From positions 1,054,001 to 1,118,000 of the forward strand of contig OZ025799.1 in NCBI GenBank assembly GCA_964019425.1: a stretch of 64,000 nucleotides of DNA, in the 5' to 3' direction. This document shows, piece after piece, positions 12,268-23,780 of this stretch. Position numbers and translations under genes: made by a program. Under the pieces are notes generated by a model. That model saw only the letters and a program-made list of their open reading frames with translations. It had not been told where the DNA came from and did no database searches. Numbering within the stretch: the stretch's first letter is position 1; the number at the start of each line of letters is the position of its first letter. Origin of the DNA: Flectonema sp. DT1601. Taxonomy: Eukaryota.

Positions 12268-13221
12268 ATGATTCTGCTGTTCGTGTTGCTGTTGCTCTGT
12301 TCTGTTGGGTTATCCAGTAGCGGTTATGTTCCTTGGGAGAGAGCGATTACGAGTTATGGTCACCACGGACAGAATCTAGCGAAGTGTAGTAAGGGATGTG
12401 CTATACCTACGACATGGACGTCAGAAACACCTTTACTGATTGTTACGGTTGAGAATTCTCAGGTTACAGAAGAAATACCAGTTGTTGAGTACGTTGCTGC
12501 CACAGCTGAAGAGGAATCTCCCGCTCATAGCTGTGCTTGTAGGCCGGCAAAAGCATGGCCGTATGTATACAAGAAATGGGCGAATTCTAATTCAGTTTTC
12601 TTACGATTCATATCAGAGAACTATCACAGATTACCTCTTCATGTTTTATTCTTACATACTGGAAAGAGGAGTTGGCATCAGGTTCTATCTGTTGAATCGT
12701 TTTTATCAAAATACGGTCCTCGTATTGGTGATGGTCACACACCTTTACTATTCAGTCCTAATAAAGTTGCTTGCCACAACTTCTCAAATTATTGTGAAGG
12801 AAGTTCTCTCACATCAAAAAGGTTTTGGACTGCTTATGATAAGATCTTCCCTGGTGCTGTGACAGGCTTATTACCTCACGCAAGCTACGGTAAGTGTGTT
12901 GCTTCGTCGTTTGTTGGTCGGCCTTGTTGCGGAGAATATCTTGCAAGTCGATCGGTGATTCAACGTCGTCCTCACGATACTTATAAAATAATATATAATC
13001 GAGGTGTTGAGTTTACGACTCCTACAGATACGCATGACTCTGTGAGTCGTCTTACAACTAATTTAGATAAGCGTTTCGCCAGTCATGTGATGGACTACAT
13101 GTGGGGGCTCATCTTCTCTGAGAACCCTTCGGCAGACATAGACTTTGGTCCAGTACAACTCCCGTCCGATAAAACGAAATGCAGTGGCAGAGTCCGAAGA
13201 TATGTTCCACGTGGGAATTAG
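12268..13221 (+). CDS. Secreted DUF3431-like (putative glycosyltransferase-related) protein
   Basis: Signal peptide MILLFVLLLLCSVGLSS; FLRFISENYHRLPLHVLFLH..SWHQ and PCCGEYLASRSVIQRRP resemble DUF3431 motifs. Confidence 0.72.
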   Translation: MILLFVLLLLCSVGLSSSGYVPWERAITSYGHHGQNLAKCSKGCAIPTTWTSETPLLIVTVENSQVTEEIPVVEYVAATAEEESPAHSCACRPAKAWPYVYKKWANSNSVFLRFISENYHRLPLHVLFLHTGKRSWHQVLSVESFLSKYGPRIGDGHTPLLFSPNKVACHNFSNYCEGSSLTSKRFWTAYDKIFPGAVTGLLPHASYGKCVASSFVGRPCCGEYLASRSVIQRRPHDTYKIIYNRGVEFTTPTDTHDSVSRLTTNLDKRFASHVMDYMWGLIFSENPSADIDFGPVQLPSDKTKCSGRVRRYVPRGN

Positions 13222-14792
13222 TGAATATTTTTTCAGATACGAATACAGAAAAACCGAAACTTTTTTCTTCTTTCTTTTTCTTTCCTTTTTTTTCCATTAT
13301 TGAGAATTACATTATTTAGTACATCCTCAGGTCAGATTAGTGGTGATTCACACACACAGAAGAAGAAAAAAAAAAAAAAATCGAATAATATAAGAATCTT
13401 TCCCCCAAACACGAGGGAACATTTACAAGTATGAACCTGTTGATTGAAAGAAGACTCGGAAAAGAGAAGTTAAGTATCGTAACAAGTTGACTGAAAAAAA
13501 AGTAAAATAAAACCAGCGCTTACTGATACTAACTTGATATTCACTCAAAGAGTTGTTATTTCTCATCTCATCTAACTATTATTCGTTCCCTTTCAGGCGC
13601 TCAATTAAAAAAGAAATACGATGCAGATTTTGCGACATCCGGATCTGGGACACTCTCGTGGGTGTTGACTGCTACGGCAAGGGAATGGGTGGGGACATAG
13701 ATCCGAACTTTTGTTCTGGAGAGCTTCTTTACGAAACTGGGCTGCTGGCTGTTCATGGAACGGGCCAGACGCTGAGCTGTAAATGTGGAAGAAACGTTTT
13801 CGGTTGTTTGGTAAGAACAGTTTGTCGATGAGACAAGGCGAGAGAAACTACTTCACAGGTACCCACATTCTCGGAGACGGTTGGCTCTGATTTGATACAT
13901 TCGGCAGCTAAATGGATTTCACTCCGCAATTTGAATTTTAAAATTAAAATCATCGAATGAGGAGTTCTCATTCTCTTATCATTTCACTTGACCTCATCTC
14001 AGTAGTGTTACACTCGTGGTGAGTAAAAAGTAATGTTCTCCATCACTTCGATTGACCTTTCTAGTTTTGGTAGAGTTGCTGATGTCGGATTTAGATCCTC
14101 TTCAATGATGTTTCGATTAATCTGAGTAGTAATTAATTACACCAGTTTTGTATTTACTGCTTTATTGGTTTTCATCACTTGAAGTGAACTCTAACGTCCC
14201 TTGCCACTGACACTATTGATCCAATGCTTTCTACTCCTCACAGATAGTGGGAGACAATCACTCTCATTAACCTTTGGAATGTGAGTCTTATTCTTATTTT
14301 TGTTCTTCTGAGAGCTGATGCTCAAATACTGAATCAGAGCCTCAGAGATGCCATCACCATCCTGATTACAGATATTGAGGAACCACATGAGAAAACCAGG
14401 TGAGGTACCAGTTTTACTAGTGATGGTCCCCTCCTACCAAGACGATTATAGCTCCGGATCATCGTGAAAGGAACAGCAGTTAAAATCAATTTATATGTTA
14501 CACCGTCCTGACGAGACTTCAGAACAGTTTTGATAAATAAAACCTGATGGGTGGCGAGTATAAATTAAGTCACTCAAAACTACGTATTCTGCAGGTGTTT
14601 AATGAAACAGTAGAATATGATTTTAGTGAGTTCACTTACAATCATATCATAAATAATATAATAAAGTGAAGTCAGCAGTGTTACAATGAAGGCCTCATCT
14701 GTTGTATTTATTTTTTTCTTACGATCGAATCTGAATATGTATTTTCTTTTTTAAAATTCTTTTTTTGTCTCCCACGACAAGTCTCACAAGAG

Positions 14793-15185
14793 ATGTTACT
14801 GTGTCGCACTGGTCGATTCATTTCTACAAAATCTTGTGCACTCTGTGGCAATGAACGACCCAGTCGTGTGATGGTTGAAATGGGTAGTGGAAGTGGGTTT
14901 TATCAATGTCTCAGAGGGCAGGAGAACTCTAACTGTTCTTTTGAGAGATTACCGGCAGCACTGAAGAAGCGAACATATATGGAAAAAGATGCTGAAAAAA
15001 AGATTCAATATGAAGAAAGAAAGAGCTTCAACACAACAAGCACTCTCGACTTCACTACAATGTTCACATCTGAGTGCGTTGACGATGGCAATAAGGAAGG
15101 GTCATTTGGAACTCGCGCAGTACGCGACTTTGCTGAACGTCGCAAACGCAAGACTGCTAAAACTGTATCGTGGAGAACTCGATGA
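14793..15185 (+). CDS. Hypothetical 130-aa protein, possibly mitochondrial, with CxxC...C...C putative zinc site
   Basis: ATG-initiated ORF of coding-like composition; short Arg/Ser N-terminus MLLCRTGRFIST. Confidence 0.6.
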   Translation: MLLCRTGRFISTKSCALCGNERPSRVMVEMGSGSGFYQCLRGQENSNCSFERLPAALKKRTYMEKDAEKKIQYEERKSFNTTSTLDFTTMFTSECVDDGNKEGSFGTRAVRDFAERRKRKTAKTVSWRTR

Positions 15186-15416
15186 TTGTCTATTGTGATC
15201 TAGACAGCTATAATACCAACGTCAACAGTCACGGTACTCGTGTACTGTATAAAGACGAGTAGAGAAGGTCTTAGTACCGCCACAATTCATTCTGCGGAGT
15301 TTCATAAAAAAAATTTGTTCTTTTTTTTTTTTTTTTGTTTTTTTTTTGTTTTATTTTCTTTTTTTAAAATATTGTTTTTATCAACCATCAACCATTGTAG
15401 GAACTAATCGGATAAT

Positions 15417-16694
15417 ATGAAATTTGATTCAGAGTTTAAGAAGTCGCATCTAAGAGAGATGTTGGAGTGGAGGCTTCGAAACACAATTGACACTTCTGGT
15501 AATGGTTACATAGAAATAGTAGGAGACCCAGATCATCCGACGTGTAATAAAACAATCGTAAACACCTGTCGAGGAATCTATTCATTCGCTGTAGGAGCAG
15601 TCGTTTTTAAGAACGAACAGCTTGGAAGTGATTGTGAAAAGGGAGCAAGACATGGTCTTGAATTCTTAAATAATCACATCCATGATTCAACTAACGGAGG
15701 ATATTATTGGGAAGTTACTAAGAAGGGTGACACGTATGAACCAAAAGAAACGATGAAAATGGTTTATGGTCACGCGTTTGTATTGTTAGCAAAGAGTGCA
15801 TCGACCCTTGCTGGGATCACTTCTGATTCTGATGTTGAGAACGAATGGAATCTGCTGGAAAAATATTTTTGGAAATCATCTGAAGGAATGTACGCTGACC
15901 TCATCTCATGCGACTGGTCTGAGACTGACTCATACAGAGGTCAGAATGGATGTATGCATCTCTGTGAGGCACTCATTCTCGCATTCAAGGCTACTAAAGT
16001 TGATAAGTACCTCTCAAGGGCTGAATTAATAGCATCGACTCTTTGTAAGAAACTCCCTTCTACCAACGAAGACACTGAAGGACTAGTATGGGAACACTAT
16101 TCTAGTGACTGGTCACATGACTGGGGTTACAACAGAGCTGACTTAGATAAATGGACAGGTGAAGGAGCAGATCCAACGACTATGGGAATAAGAGAGTATC
16201 GGCCTTGGGGATTTCTACCTGGACACATCGCTGAGTGGGGGAAATTATTGCTGTTGCTATTTGAGTTGAGACCGTCAGAGAAGTGGCTCCTGGAAGTCGC
16301 TGAAAAGTTTGTAAATTACGTGATGACAACAGGCTGGGATTCTGAACACGGAGGAGTGTACTACTGTATGGCTCCAAATTTAATTCACAACAGCGAGCTA
16401 CTCGAATCGTTAAACTCAAAGGGACAGGTAGTCAATGACAGTAAGTTCATGTGGCCTCTCGCAGAAATACTCGCTGCAACTCACCTTCTAATGTCTCATG
16501 AAGGAAAAGAGCAATACAAATCAAAACACGAACAGATTTGGAAATATTGTGAGCAAAACTTCATGGAAGGTACTGATGGTAAATGTACTGGAGTTTGGTG
16601 GTCTCGTCTTAGCAGAGAAAACACCAGATTATGTGTTGGAGTAAACGTAAGAGATATGTACCATCCATTGGCAGCTTGCTACGATATGTTATAA
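15417..16694 (+). CDS. AGE-family (N-acylglucosamine 2-epimerase / YihS / mannose isomerase-like) enzyme
   Basis: HDSTNGGYYW, YGHAFVLLA, YRGQNGCMHLCEA, RPWGFLPGHIAEW, GWDSEHGGVY, MYHPLAAC; catalytic-type His residues present. Confidence 0.9.
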   Translation: MKFDSEFKKSHLREMLEWRLRNTIDTSGNGYIEIVGDPDHPTCNKTIVNTCRGIYSFAVGAVVFKNEQLGSDCEKGARHGLEFLNNHIHDSTNGGYYWEVTKKGDTYEPKETMKMVYGHAFVLLAKSASTLAGITSDSDVENEWNLLEKYFWKSSEGMYADLISCDWSETDSYRGQNGCMHLCEALILAFKATKVDKYLSRAELIASTLCKKLPSTNEDTEGLVWEHYSSDWSHDWGYNRADLDKWTGEGADPTTMGIREYRPWGFLPGHIAEWGKLLLLLFELRPSEKWLLEVAEKFVNYVMTTGWDSEHGGVYYCMAPNLIHNSELLESLNSKGQVVNDSKFMWPLAEILAATHLLMSHEGKEQYKSKHEQIWKYCEQNFMEGTDGKCTGVWWSRLSRENTRLCVGVNVRDMYHPLAACYDML

Positions 16695-16780
16695 TAAATT
16701 ACGGAGGGAGAATGTTAAATACTAAAAAAAGAAAGGCGGAATTCTCTTCTTAACTGAATGATGAAAAAAAAAAAAAAAAA

Positions 16781-16870
16781 AACCTTTCGAACGAACGCAG
16801 ACAGAATCCTGTCACAACAGGTCTCGAATATAAGAAATATCGGCTTTCAATCTGAATAGTTTCTTCTCTG
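16781..16870. mobile_element. Family A copy (truncated)
   Basis: CGCAGACAGAATCCTGTCAC..AGAAATATCGGCTTTCAATCTGAATAGTTT. Confidence 0.7.
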
Positions 16871-17240
16871 AAAGAATACCTAAATCCGCAACTTGCTTAA
16901 GTTACACTTTTTTTTTTTTTTTTTTTTCCCGTACCAGTGTTGTGGTTAGTGAGAGTACCTTATGAAGTTTTACGAAAAAAAAAAAAAAAAAAAGAAAGCT
17001 CTTTTAACTTCCCAGGAATGATGGAACCACATCAGACAATGTTATCTAAGAATGTGATTACAAAATGAGGAGAGAGTGAACACTATCAATGATCAGCTAA
17101 TGTGAACGCTGACGACCTTTATTCACATTAAAATCTCCCCTTTAAAGAGATACACGTATGGAGTCTAATATTATGTATTGATTTGTGGTTATTTGAATGC
17201 AAAAACTTTTTTATACTTTTTTTTTTTTTTTAAAGCCTTA

Positions 17241-17942
17241 ATGCCAACCAACTCAAATGCTGCTCTCTGTGTTCCACATGTACCAAAACAGGTTGACAAA
17301 CAACGTTTAAAAAGGTCATTTTACGCTTCAAAACCATTTGCTGGGGAAGTAGACCTTCCCCTGAATAATAGAAGTAGAGAAGGAAATGGACGTAATAAAT
17401 TTACGTTATTGAGTATTTCTGGTTGTACAACTTTTAAACCGGGGACGAGGAATATGTTTGGTATGAATTACCAACAGGTATTAAAGACTGCTGAGCACTA
17501 TAAAGTATTCCAGTCAGATAGAAATAGTTATCAGCTGAAGAGATCAATCTCTGACAGGATGATTGATTGTTGGGGTAATTTAAAAAACAGGGATATCCTC
17601 ACAACACAATACTGTGCTAATCATTACATTAAAACTCTTCATGGAGATGATGTTGATTTCGAGCATGGAATTGGAAAACCAAAAAATATTCCTCCTCAGA
17701 AAGAAGCTTCGCCTTCTACATCAGCAAATTCTCAGATGTTTCATAGTAGCGTCCCCAGAGTATCAATGCCTCCTCGTGTAGCTGGTCACACGGGTCATAT
17801 TATGGGATCACGTCACATTGTTGGATTAGGCTTCAACAAGATTCAAATGATTAGAAACAAACAGTATGCGAAATCAATAAATTTTGAGAATCGAGTTCCG
17901 CTAATCGATCGGACAGCGATGGTTCCTTTGGTCGGATTTTAA
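17241..17942 (+). CDS. Hypothetical basic protein with a GHTGHI motif (possible ciliary microtubule-inner protein)
   Basis: First ATG at 17241; PPRVAGHTGHIMG resembles the PGYTGHIP motif of FAM166-like proteins. Function is inference. Confidence 0.65.
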   Translation: MPTNSNAALCVPHVPKQVDKQRLKRSFYASKPFAGEVDLPLNNRSREGNGRNKFTLLSISGCTTFKPGTRNMFGMNYQQVLKTAEHYKVFQSDRNSYQLKRSISDRMIDCWGNLKNRDILTTQYCANHYIKTLHGDDVDFEHGIGKPKNIPPQKEASPSTSANSQMFHSSVPRVSMPPRVAGHTGHIMGSRHIVGLGFNKIQMIRNKQYAKSINFENRVPLIDRTAMVPLVGF

Positions 17943-18160
17943 TTAATCTCGTATTTGTGTATTCCTAGCGTTAGTTAGATGTTATTATTTATCCAACAGT
18001 TCACTTTTTTATTATTATTATTTTTTGGTTCTCTCGTTCATTGTCATGTTTTTTGAGTACCTTTTTTGATGGAAAAAAAAAAAAAAAAAAAAAAATATGT
18101 TGTGAAAAATTATTTTTTTAAAAAAAAAATCAGAATAAAAAAAAAAAAAAAAAAAAAAAA

Positions 18161-20680
18161 ATGTTAACCGCGGCAATCATCACAGTTAGTGTTGTGATGT
18201 CGAAGCCGATCACAGAACCTTGGAAAGAAATACATTCATACACGAAAACAGGTCCAGCAGTAGCAGTCTCACCAGATCCCTTGATTCAATATAGATGGTC
18301 TAAGGACAGTGATTTAATTAATCTGCAGTATTATAAAAGCAAACCAATTGCTGCTACTTCGATTCCAAGTGATGCTTTTGTTGGATTAGAAAGTTTAAAA
18401 ACTGATCATGTGAATGTGACGTGTCTGAAACCTGGAAAAATATTCATTGAATTCGGAACAGAAAGAGCTTCTTGGATGGAATGGAAAACTAACACTTCAA
18501 CGGCGGGTGTACTCGCTGCTATTGGTGAGTATAATCAGCCTTATACAAAAAAAACACTGGTACCGACAGTATACGACAACAACACCTATCGTTTAGAAAC
18601 AAACCCACAGCTGTATGAAGGAGTGAGGTATGGTTGGATATTTCAAGAAGAAGTGAAAGACTTCAAGCCTTGGAAAATAACTTCATTCGAACTCCTTTCT
18701 CAAATCAAACCCGTCAACTACACCGGCAGCTATAACTCCACTGATAATATTATCAACAAGATATGGTACACTGGAGCTTATGCGAGTAGGTTGAATATGA
18801 ATACTAATTATTTTTGCAGCATCTTAATTGATCGCGGGGATCGGGTTGCAATCCAAGGAGATGGTCATCCAACAATGGCAGCGGCTCTGGTTGCATTCTC
18901 AGGTTCAGAATCACTCGTTTTTACTGAACTTAACAACACTGATAGCGCAGAACATCCTGTTGTTGATCAGGGAATCCTCGCCTATCCACTTTATTGGACG
19001 ATGACTGCAAACGACTATTTCTGGGCTAGTGGAAATGTAACAGGATACATCCGTTATAGAAGTAGTATTAAAAAGATTATCGATGCTCGAGTTCACGATT
19101 TCGGAACCAAATATCTAACGTGGATGGGATGGGATGATAGAGTCGATAATGGTTGGTGTAATCCCTGCAACATGGAAGCTACTCTTTCTTTAAAGGGACT
19201 GGTCGTAAAAGCTGTTAATGATTTTTCAAAAGCTTTATCCGGAGCTGGAGATCAGGTCACATCTGAAGAGTATGAGAAAATTGGAAAAAACTTAACATCG
19301 ATAATGCGTGAAGACACTCCAGAAGGAAAGCCTTGGTACACCACCTACGGCTTACATGCTATTTCAAATGCCATAAATGCTGGAGTTGCGAAGCCTTCTG
19401 AATTTGATGATATATTTCATCAGAATTTCAATAATTCGATAACCATCTGCAGTTGGAGTCCTTTTAACTCGTACTACATATTACAAGCTCTTGGAAACAT
19501 GGGAAAGATGGACTACGCCATGGCTATGATGAGGCTCTGTTGGGGTCAGTTATTCGAATTAAACGAAGGTTGTTTTTGGGAACTGTATTCCCCGGAATGG
19601 AATTCATTTATGAAGTTTGGTGATAAAGCTCCGACGAGACCCAGTTATTGCCATCCTTGGAGTGATGGTCCAACTCATTTCTTAACATGGTTTCACAGTG
19701 GAATTCGCCAGCTTTCACCAGGTCATCATGAAATAGCGATAGTTCCTTCATTCTCTGAAAGCAATAAAGATGTTGAGGGTAAGATTATGACCTCTTTTGG
19801 GGAGGTTGAAACGAAAATAATTTCCGACAATTTCGGTAATTGGGAAATTCAAATAACATCCAACGTAAAGGGAATCGTAGCAATCCCAACATCATTCGGA
19901 TCTTGTCAAGTTAGAGATGTAAAAATAAATAAGATTGACGCGATGAAATTTCTTTCAACGAGAACGAACTTTCCAACCTTATCAGAGTATGAGATTGAAA
20001 CGAGAAATATATTTGAAATTGAAAGTGGAATGACAACAGTTTTGGTTTCTTTTGGAGATGATTGTCATCAGATAATCGACAAAGTGATCACAGATGAAGG
20101 AATCCCACACTTTCCACCTTTTCCAGTTCCAAAATATAAAACCACCGGTTCAGTAGATACCAAAACCACAGGGTTCAATTGGATGAAGCACTATGGGAAA
20201 TCAGGATACGTTCTCTATGCCTATAAAAATGGAAATGATATTTCAATGATGCCGTCATGGGCGAATGTTAGTTTCTATGCTGGAGGGACTATGCCGAGAA
20301 CATTTATAGGTTCTACTTTGAATGAACCAATGTACCTCCAAGACCCTGAAGATCCTGAAGGAGAACGTAAGTTGGGACTAATTGGAGTACCGTTATCAGA
20401 TGGTCAACAGGGAATCGTCATTGATGTTAACGTGACTACTAAAACACACTATAGAGCAACCGTCTACATCGCCGCCGGACCTGGAAATTCAAGCGCCATC
20501 CGCACAATGGATTTATTAGGTAACATGATAACACCAACTCCATATATTGATGATGCGACCAGAGGTGTTTACTACACCGTTAAGAAAAGAGATTCCGCCG
20601 GGGTTCGATTCCGTGTCATGGGTCAAAACGGAGGATTATTTGTTTCTGCTGTTTTTATTGATCCTTTAGCTGAAGAATAG
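18161..20680 (+). CDS. Secreted alpha-L-rhamnosidase-like glycoside hydrolase (GH78-like)
   Basis: Signal peptide; INKIWYTGAY, ILIDRGDR, GCFWELY and SYCHPWSDGP match GH78-type (alpha/alpha)6 motifs; extra C-terminal beta domain. Confidence 0.8.
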   Translation: MLTAAIITVSVVMSKPITEPWKEIHSYTKTGPAVAVSPDPLIQYRWSKDSDLINLQYYKSKPIAATSIPSDAFVGLESLKTDHVNVTCLKPGKIFIEFGTERASWMEWKTNTSTAGVLAAIGEYNQPYTKKTLVPTVYDNNTYRLETNPQLYEGVRYGWIFQEEVKDFKPWKITSFELLSQIKPVNYTGSYNSTDNIINKIWYTGAYASRLNMNTNYFCSILIDRGDRVAIQGDGHPTMAAALVAFSGSESLVFTELNNTDSAEHPVVDQGILAYPLYWTMTANDYFWASGNVTGYIRYRSSIKKIIDARVHDFGTKYLTWMGWDDRVDNGWCNPCNMEATLSLKGLVVKAVNDFSKALSGAGDQVTSEEYEKIGKNLTSIMREDTPEGKPWYTTYGLHAISNAINAGVAKPSEFDDIFHQNFNNSITICSWSPFNSYYILQALGNMGKMDYAMAMMRLCWGQLFELNEGCFWELYSPEWNSFMKFGDKAPTRPSYCHPWSDGPTHFLTWFHSGIRQLSPGHHEIAIVPSFSESNKDVEGKIMTSFGEVETKIISDNFGNWEIQITSNVKGIVAIPTSFGSCQVRDVKINKIDAMKFLSTRTNFPTLSEYEIETRNIFEIESGMTTVLVSFGDDCHQIIDKVITDEGIPHFPPFPVPKYKTTGSVDTKTTGFNWMKHYGKSGYVLYAYKNGNDISMMPSWANVSFYAGGTMPRTFIGSTLNEPMYLQDPEDPEGERKLGLIGVPLSDGQQGIVIDVNVTTKTHYRATVYIAAGPGNSSAIRTMDLLGNMITPTPYIDDATRGVYYTVKKRDSAGVRFRVMGQNGGLFVSAVFIDPLAEE

Positions 20681-21239
20681 ATAAACATATTTAAATTAAA
20701 TTTTTAGTGTTTTTTTTTTTTTTTTTTTTTAAAACTGATTTCCCCTTTCCATAGGATTAGTCTTTCCCCTTTCCGTATATGTTTCATAAATCTATATTGA
20801 TTGCTAGGAAACAATCTGTCGATAAGTTGGTAAGTTTGCAAAAGAAAGAAATCGTGACAAGGTGTCCCCAAGTGTGCTTACGTTCTTTGTTTTTTTTTTT
20901 TGTTGTACCAAAAAATCAACTCCGGGTGTTGTCAGAGTTAACTGAATGTAAATTTTCTTAGAATTCCTTTTTTAGTTTTACGGTTCACACAAACTCTTAT
21001 CAATGATGGATTGCTTTCCCTTCTTTAGGTTCGTATTTTACACGCTAACAAATTTCTTCCGGCTATTTTTATTTTTCCGTTCGTATTTCTCCAAGTGATA
21101 ACAACACAGGTACCTGCCTTGGTTGAGGTACAAGAGGTAGTAAAAAACGTGTATTTTTTTTTTTTTTTTTTTGTATTATATAAAGAAGTCTGTGGATTAT
21201 TATTTTATTAATTACTTCATCAGGTGATATCTTAATTGA

Positions 21240-23579
21240 ATGAATGAGGAGGAGGAAGCAGCAGAGGATCACTTGGAGACGGCATCGAATGCTTCTTCGA
21301 CATCAGGTGAGGGTCCTCCAACACCAACTGCAGTAGGAGAAAGTGTTAGAAATCCTGTTGAGGAACAGACTCCACACAGAGCAACTCTCTCAGATCCAGG
21401 TGATGACAGCAGTCGTGAGTCTGATGCTGTTGTCTCATCTGTTGAGGAACCAGAACCAGAACCAGCAGCAGCAGAAGAAGAATCACCCTCAACAGATACT
21501 TCAAGAACTGCTCATACTCCAACTACTCGACATTCTGATTCTCCCAGCAGTGATGAGGAACCAAAAGGAGGGTTTTTTAGTTTACTCTGCTGTGGAAAGA
21601 GTAAACAAAAAAAGAGAACCACCGCCAGATCCAATCCTGAGAGACCAACAACAGCAGCATCACCAACACCAACACCACCTGACAGCGACAGTGAGAATAA
21701 AGGTTGTTTATCTGGGTTACTTTGCTGTGGTAAGAAACCTCAAAAAAAGAAACGTCGGACAAGACATGGACCAGATCGAGACCTCCCGGAACACTCTGAT
21801 GTGAACACTGACGATGAAGGAACGTTACTTCAACCAGCTGAGGCTGTAGTACACAACACTTCTCGTAGTTTACCTCCATTAACATTCTGTGGTAAGGAAG
21901 TTGGTATCTTGAGCTTGGTTGATCCAAAGATTCATTTTATAAATAGTCAAACATGTCCTGGAAGAGCTCTCGTACATCATTCTGCGGAAATATGGAAAGA
22001 TCAAAACACACTTATAGTAATACCTGAGAAGACTGTGAGTGTATTTTTATATAATCTTAAAGAAGGTACACCTCGGATGTATCAAATATCACCGAACATT
22101 AATATCCCAAGCGCGCAATTAGCGAAAGACTTCGCTACGGAAGTAACAGTCCCGCGTTTGGTTAGTCTTCGGACTCTTTCGGTAACTAAATTCATAAGAT
22201 TCTCAGACTGTCTCGATAAAGATACTTTTGTGTTTATCCCCTCTTGGAAGGGTGAACCCGACACAACTGGAACTGTTATTAAACGGAGCGCCAAACAAAT
22301 AAACCTAAATGGGGACGCTCTCACTGTTACTGCGGATACAAAACTATGTGGAAAGTGGTTAGAGGGATTGTTTGCTATTCCTCTTTCTTGGGAAACTGTT
22401 TCACACGAACAAGACTATCGTGAAATAACTGAGCAAGACGATGAATATAAATTCGAAGAAGTTTCATTTCGATCAGAAAAAATTAGAGTTCCAGTTAAAA
22501 AATCGATTGATCCGGAATCGAACTTGACTTCAAAAACTTCGATATTATTATCACTGAGTATTCTGCTTGAGAAGAGTATTGGTGACTTACAACTGTCGAA
22601 AGGAATTGTAAAACTAAAACCAACTATGATATTATCACCGCATACTGGTAAGAAACATGCATTCTTACCAAAAATTAAAAGAGAAGAGCTCGCAGAGGCA
22701 TTCAATCTCCCTGTCGACGCGATTCGCTTATCAACGACAGTACCTCGAACTGTTGCACAATGTGGGATTTCCACCACTATCAATTTTAAGTTCTCTGATA
22801 ATGCATCTGTTTGTATCGTAATTCTAGCTGGAAGCAGTCATGATCAGAATTTGACAATCGCATGTCGGAAGGCAGGGATTCAACCAGCGATTCCATACTT
22901 AAAGTGTTCATGTCAGTTGATATGGGGTGAAGTGATCTCCCTTGAAGGTAATAAGAGTGTAGATATTTATCCGTTAGAGAAAAAGATAGCAGTTCAAGTA
23001 GGATCAGAAATATGTGAATTAGTTGTACCCTTTGGGAGTTGTGGGTGGGGAAGTTTGCCGAAATCGTTTCAAAAATCATTCGAAGACGGTGATCCCAATG
23101 CGGAGGATATTCGAAGGTTGTTATCTCATGATAAGAACTTTACTGAATTACCAGAAACACTCAGGTTTTGTTATCCAATAAAAAGAGTTGGATATCAAAT
23201 AAACAACGACACTTCCATATCTGGTTACGTAAACATCCATCATGGTTGGGATCAGGAACGTGTTCAGTCTCAAATTTCCAAAACTGGAGTTGACTTCTTT
23301 CTAAGTGACCCGATTGACTATAATAACATCACTTCAACTTCAGTTATTAATGTGAAGACTCCTAAATTTGTTACGATTGTAGCAGGTCCTCAGGTTCATC
23401 TTGTTCGAGTGACACCTTCGCAATCTGTGAAGAGTTCCACAGCTAAGATCCTATTCGCGGATATGGACAAGTTAATATTTAGTCGAACTCATCCAACTTC
23501 TGAATCAGATGTCTCAGACACGTCATGGGATGTGCTCGAGGGAGGTGAACATTTCCTTGTCACACTCAAAAAAAATTAA
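21240..23579 (+). CDS. Hypothetical 779-aa protein, acidic disordered N-terminus with two LLCCGK+polybasic motifs
   Basis: Long uninterrupted ORF; no family recognised. Confidence 0.8.
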   Translation: MNEEEEAAEDHLETASNASSTSGEGPPTPTAVGESVRNPVEEQTPHRATLSDPGDDSSRESDAVVSSVEEPEPEPAAAEEESPSTDTSRTAHTPTTRHSDSPSSDEEPKGGFFSLLCCGKSKQKKRTTARSNPERPTTAASPTPTPPDSDSENKGCLSGLLCCGKKPQKKKRRTRHGPDRDLPEHSDVNTDDEGTLLQPAEAVVHNTSRSLPPLTFCGKEVGILSLVDPKIHFINSQTCPGRALVHHSAEIWKDQNTLIVIPEKTVSVFLYNLKEGTPRMYQISPNINIPSAQLAKDFATEVTVPRLVSLRTLSVTKFIRFSDCLDKDTFVFIPSWKGEPDTTGTVIKRSAKQINLNGDALTVTADTKLCGKWLEGLFAIPLSWETVSHEQDYREITEQDDEYKFEEVSFRSEKIRVPVKKSIDPESNLTSKTSILLSLSILLEKSIGDLQLSKGIVKLKPTMILSPHTGKKHAFLPKIKREELAEAFNLPVDAIRLSTTVPRTVAQCGISTTINFKFSDNASVCIVILAGSSHDQNLTIACRKAGIQPAIPYLKCSCQLIWGEVISLEGNKSVDIYPLEKKIAVQVGSEICELVVPFGSCGWGSLPKSFQKSFEDGDPNAEDIRRLLSHDKNFTELPETLRFCYPIKRVGYQINNDTSISGYVNIHHGWDQERVQSQISKTGVDFFLSDPIDYNNITSTSVINVKTPKFVTIVAGPQVHLVRVTPSQSVKSSTAKILFADMDKLIFSRTHPTSESDVSDTSWDVLEGGEHFLVTLKKN

Positions 23580-23644
23580 AGATGGCAGCAACCAACCAAC
23601 CAACCAACTTTTTTTTTTTTTTTTTTTGTTGTTGTTATTGTTGT

Positions 23645-23780
23645 TGCACCGTGGTCGGAGAAGAAACTATTCAGATTGAAAGCCGTTATTTCTTATGGTC
23701 TCGTGAAGTTACTCTTCCTCATGTGACAGGATTCTGTCTGCTTATCAACGGATACAAGGCTTGTCATCTGAATGGACTTT
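23645..23780. mobile_element. Family A copy, opposite orientation
   Basis: TGCACCGTGGTCGGAG..AAACTATTCAGATTGAAAGCCG..GTGACAGGATTCTGTCTGC..ATCTGAAT is the reverse complement of the other copies. Confidence 0.75.

Noticed and set aside
13553..14480. Coding-like GC-richer stretch with short ORFs
   Set aside because: Stops in all frames I tried and no recognisable motif; may be a decayed gene or element but cannot be supported.
14490..14560. CTGACGA hammerhead-like start
   Set aside because: No correctly placed GAAA or stem III.
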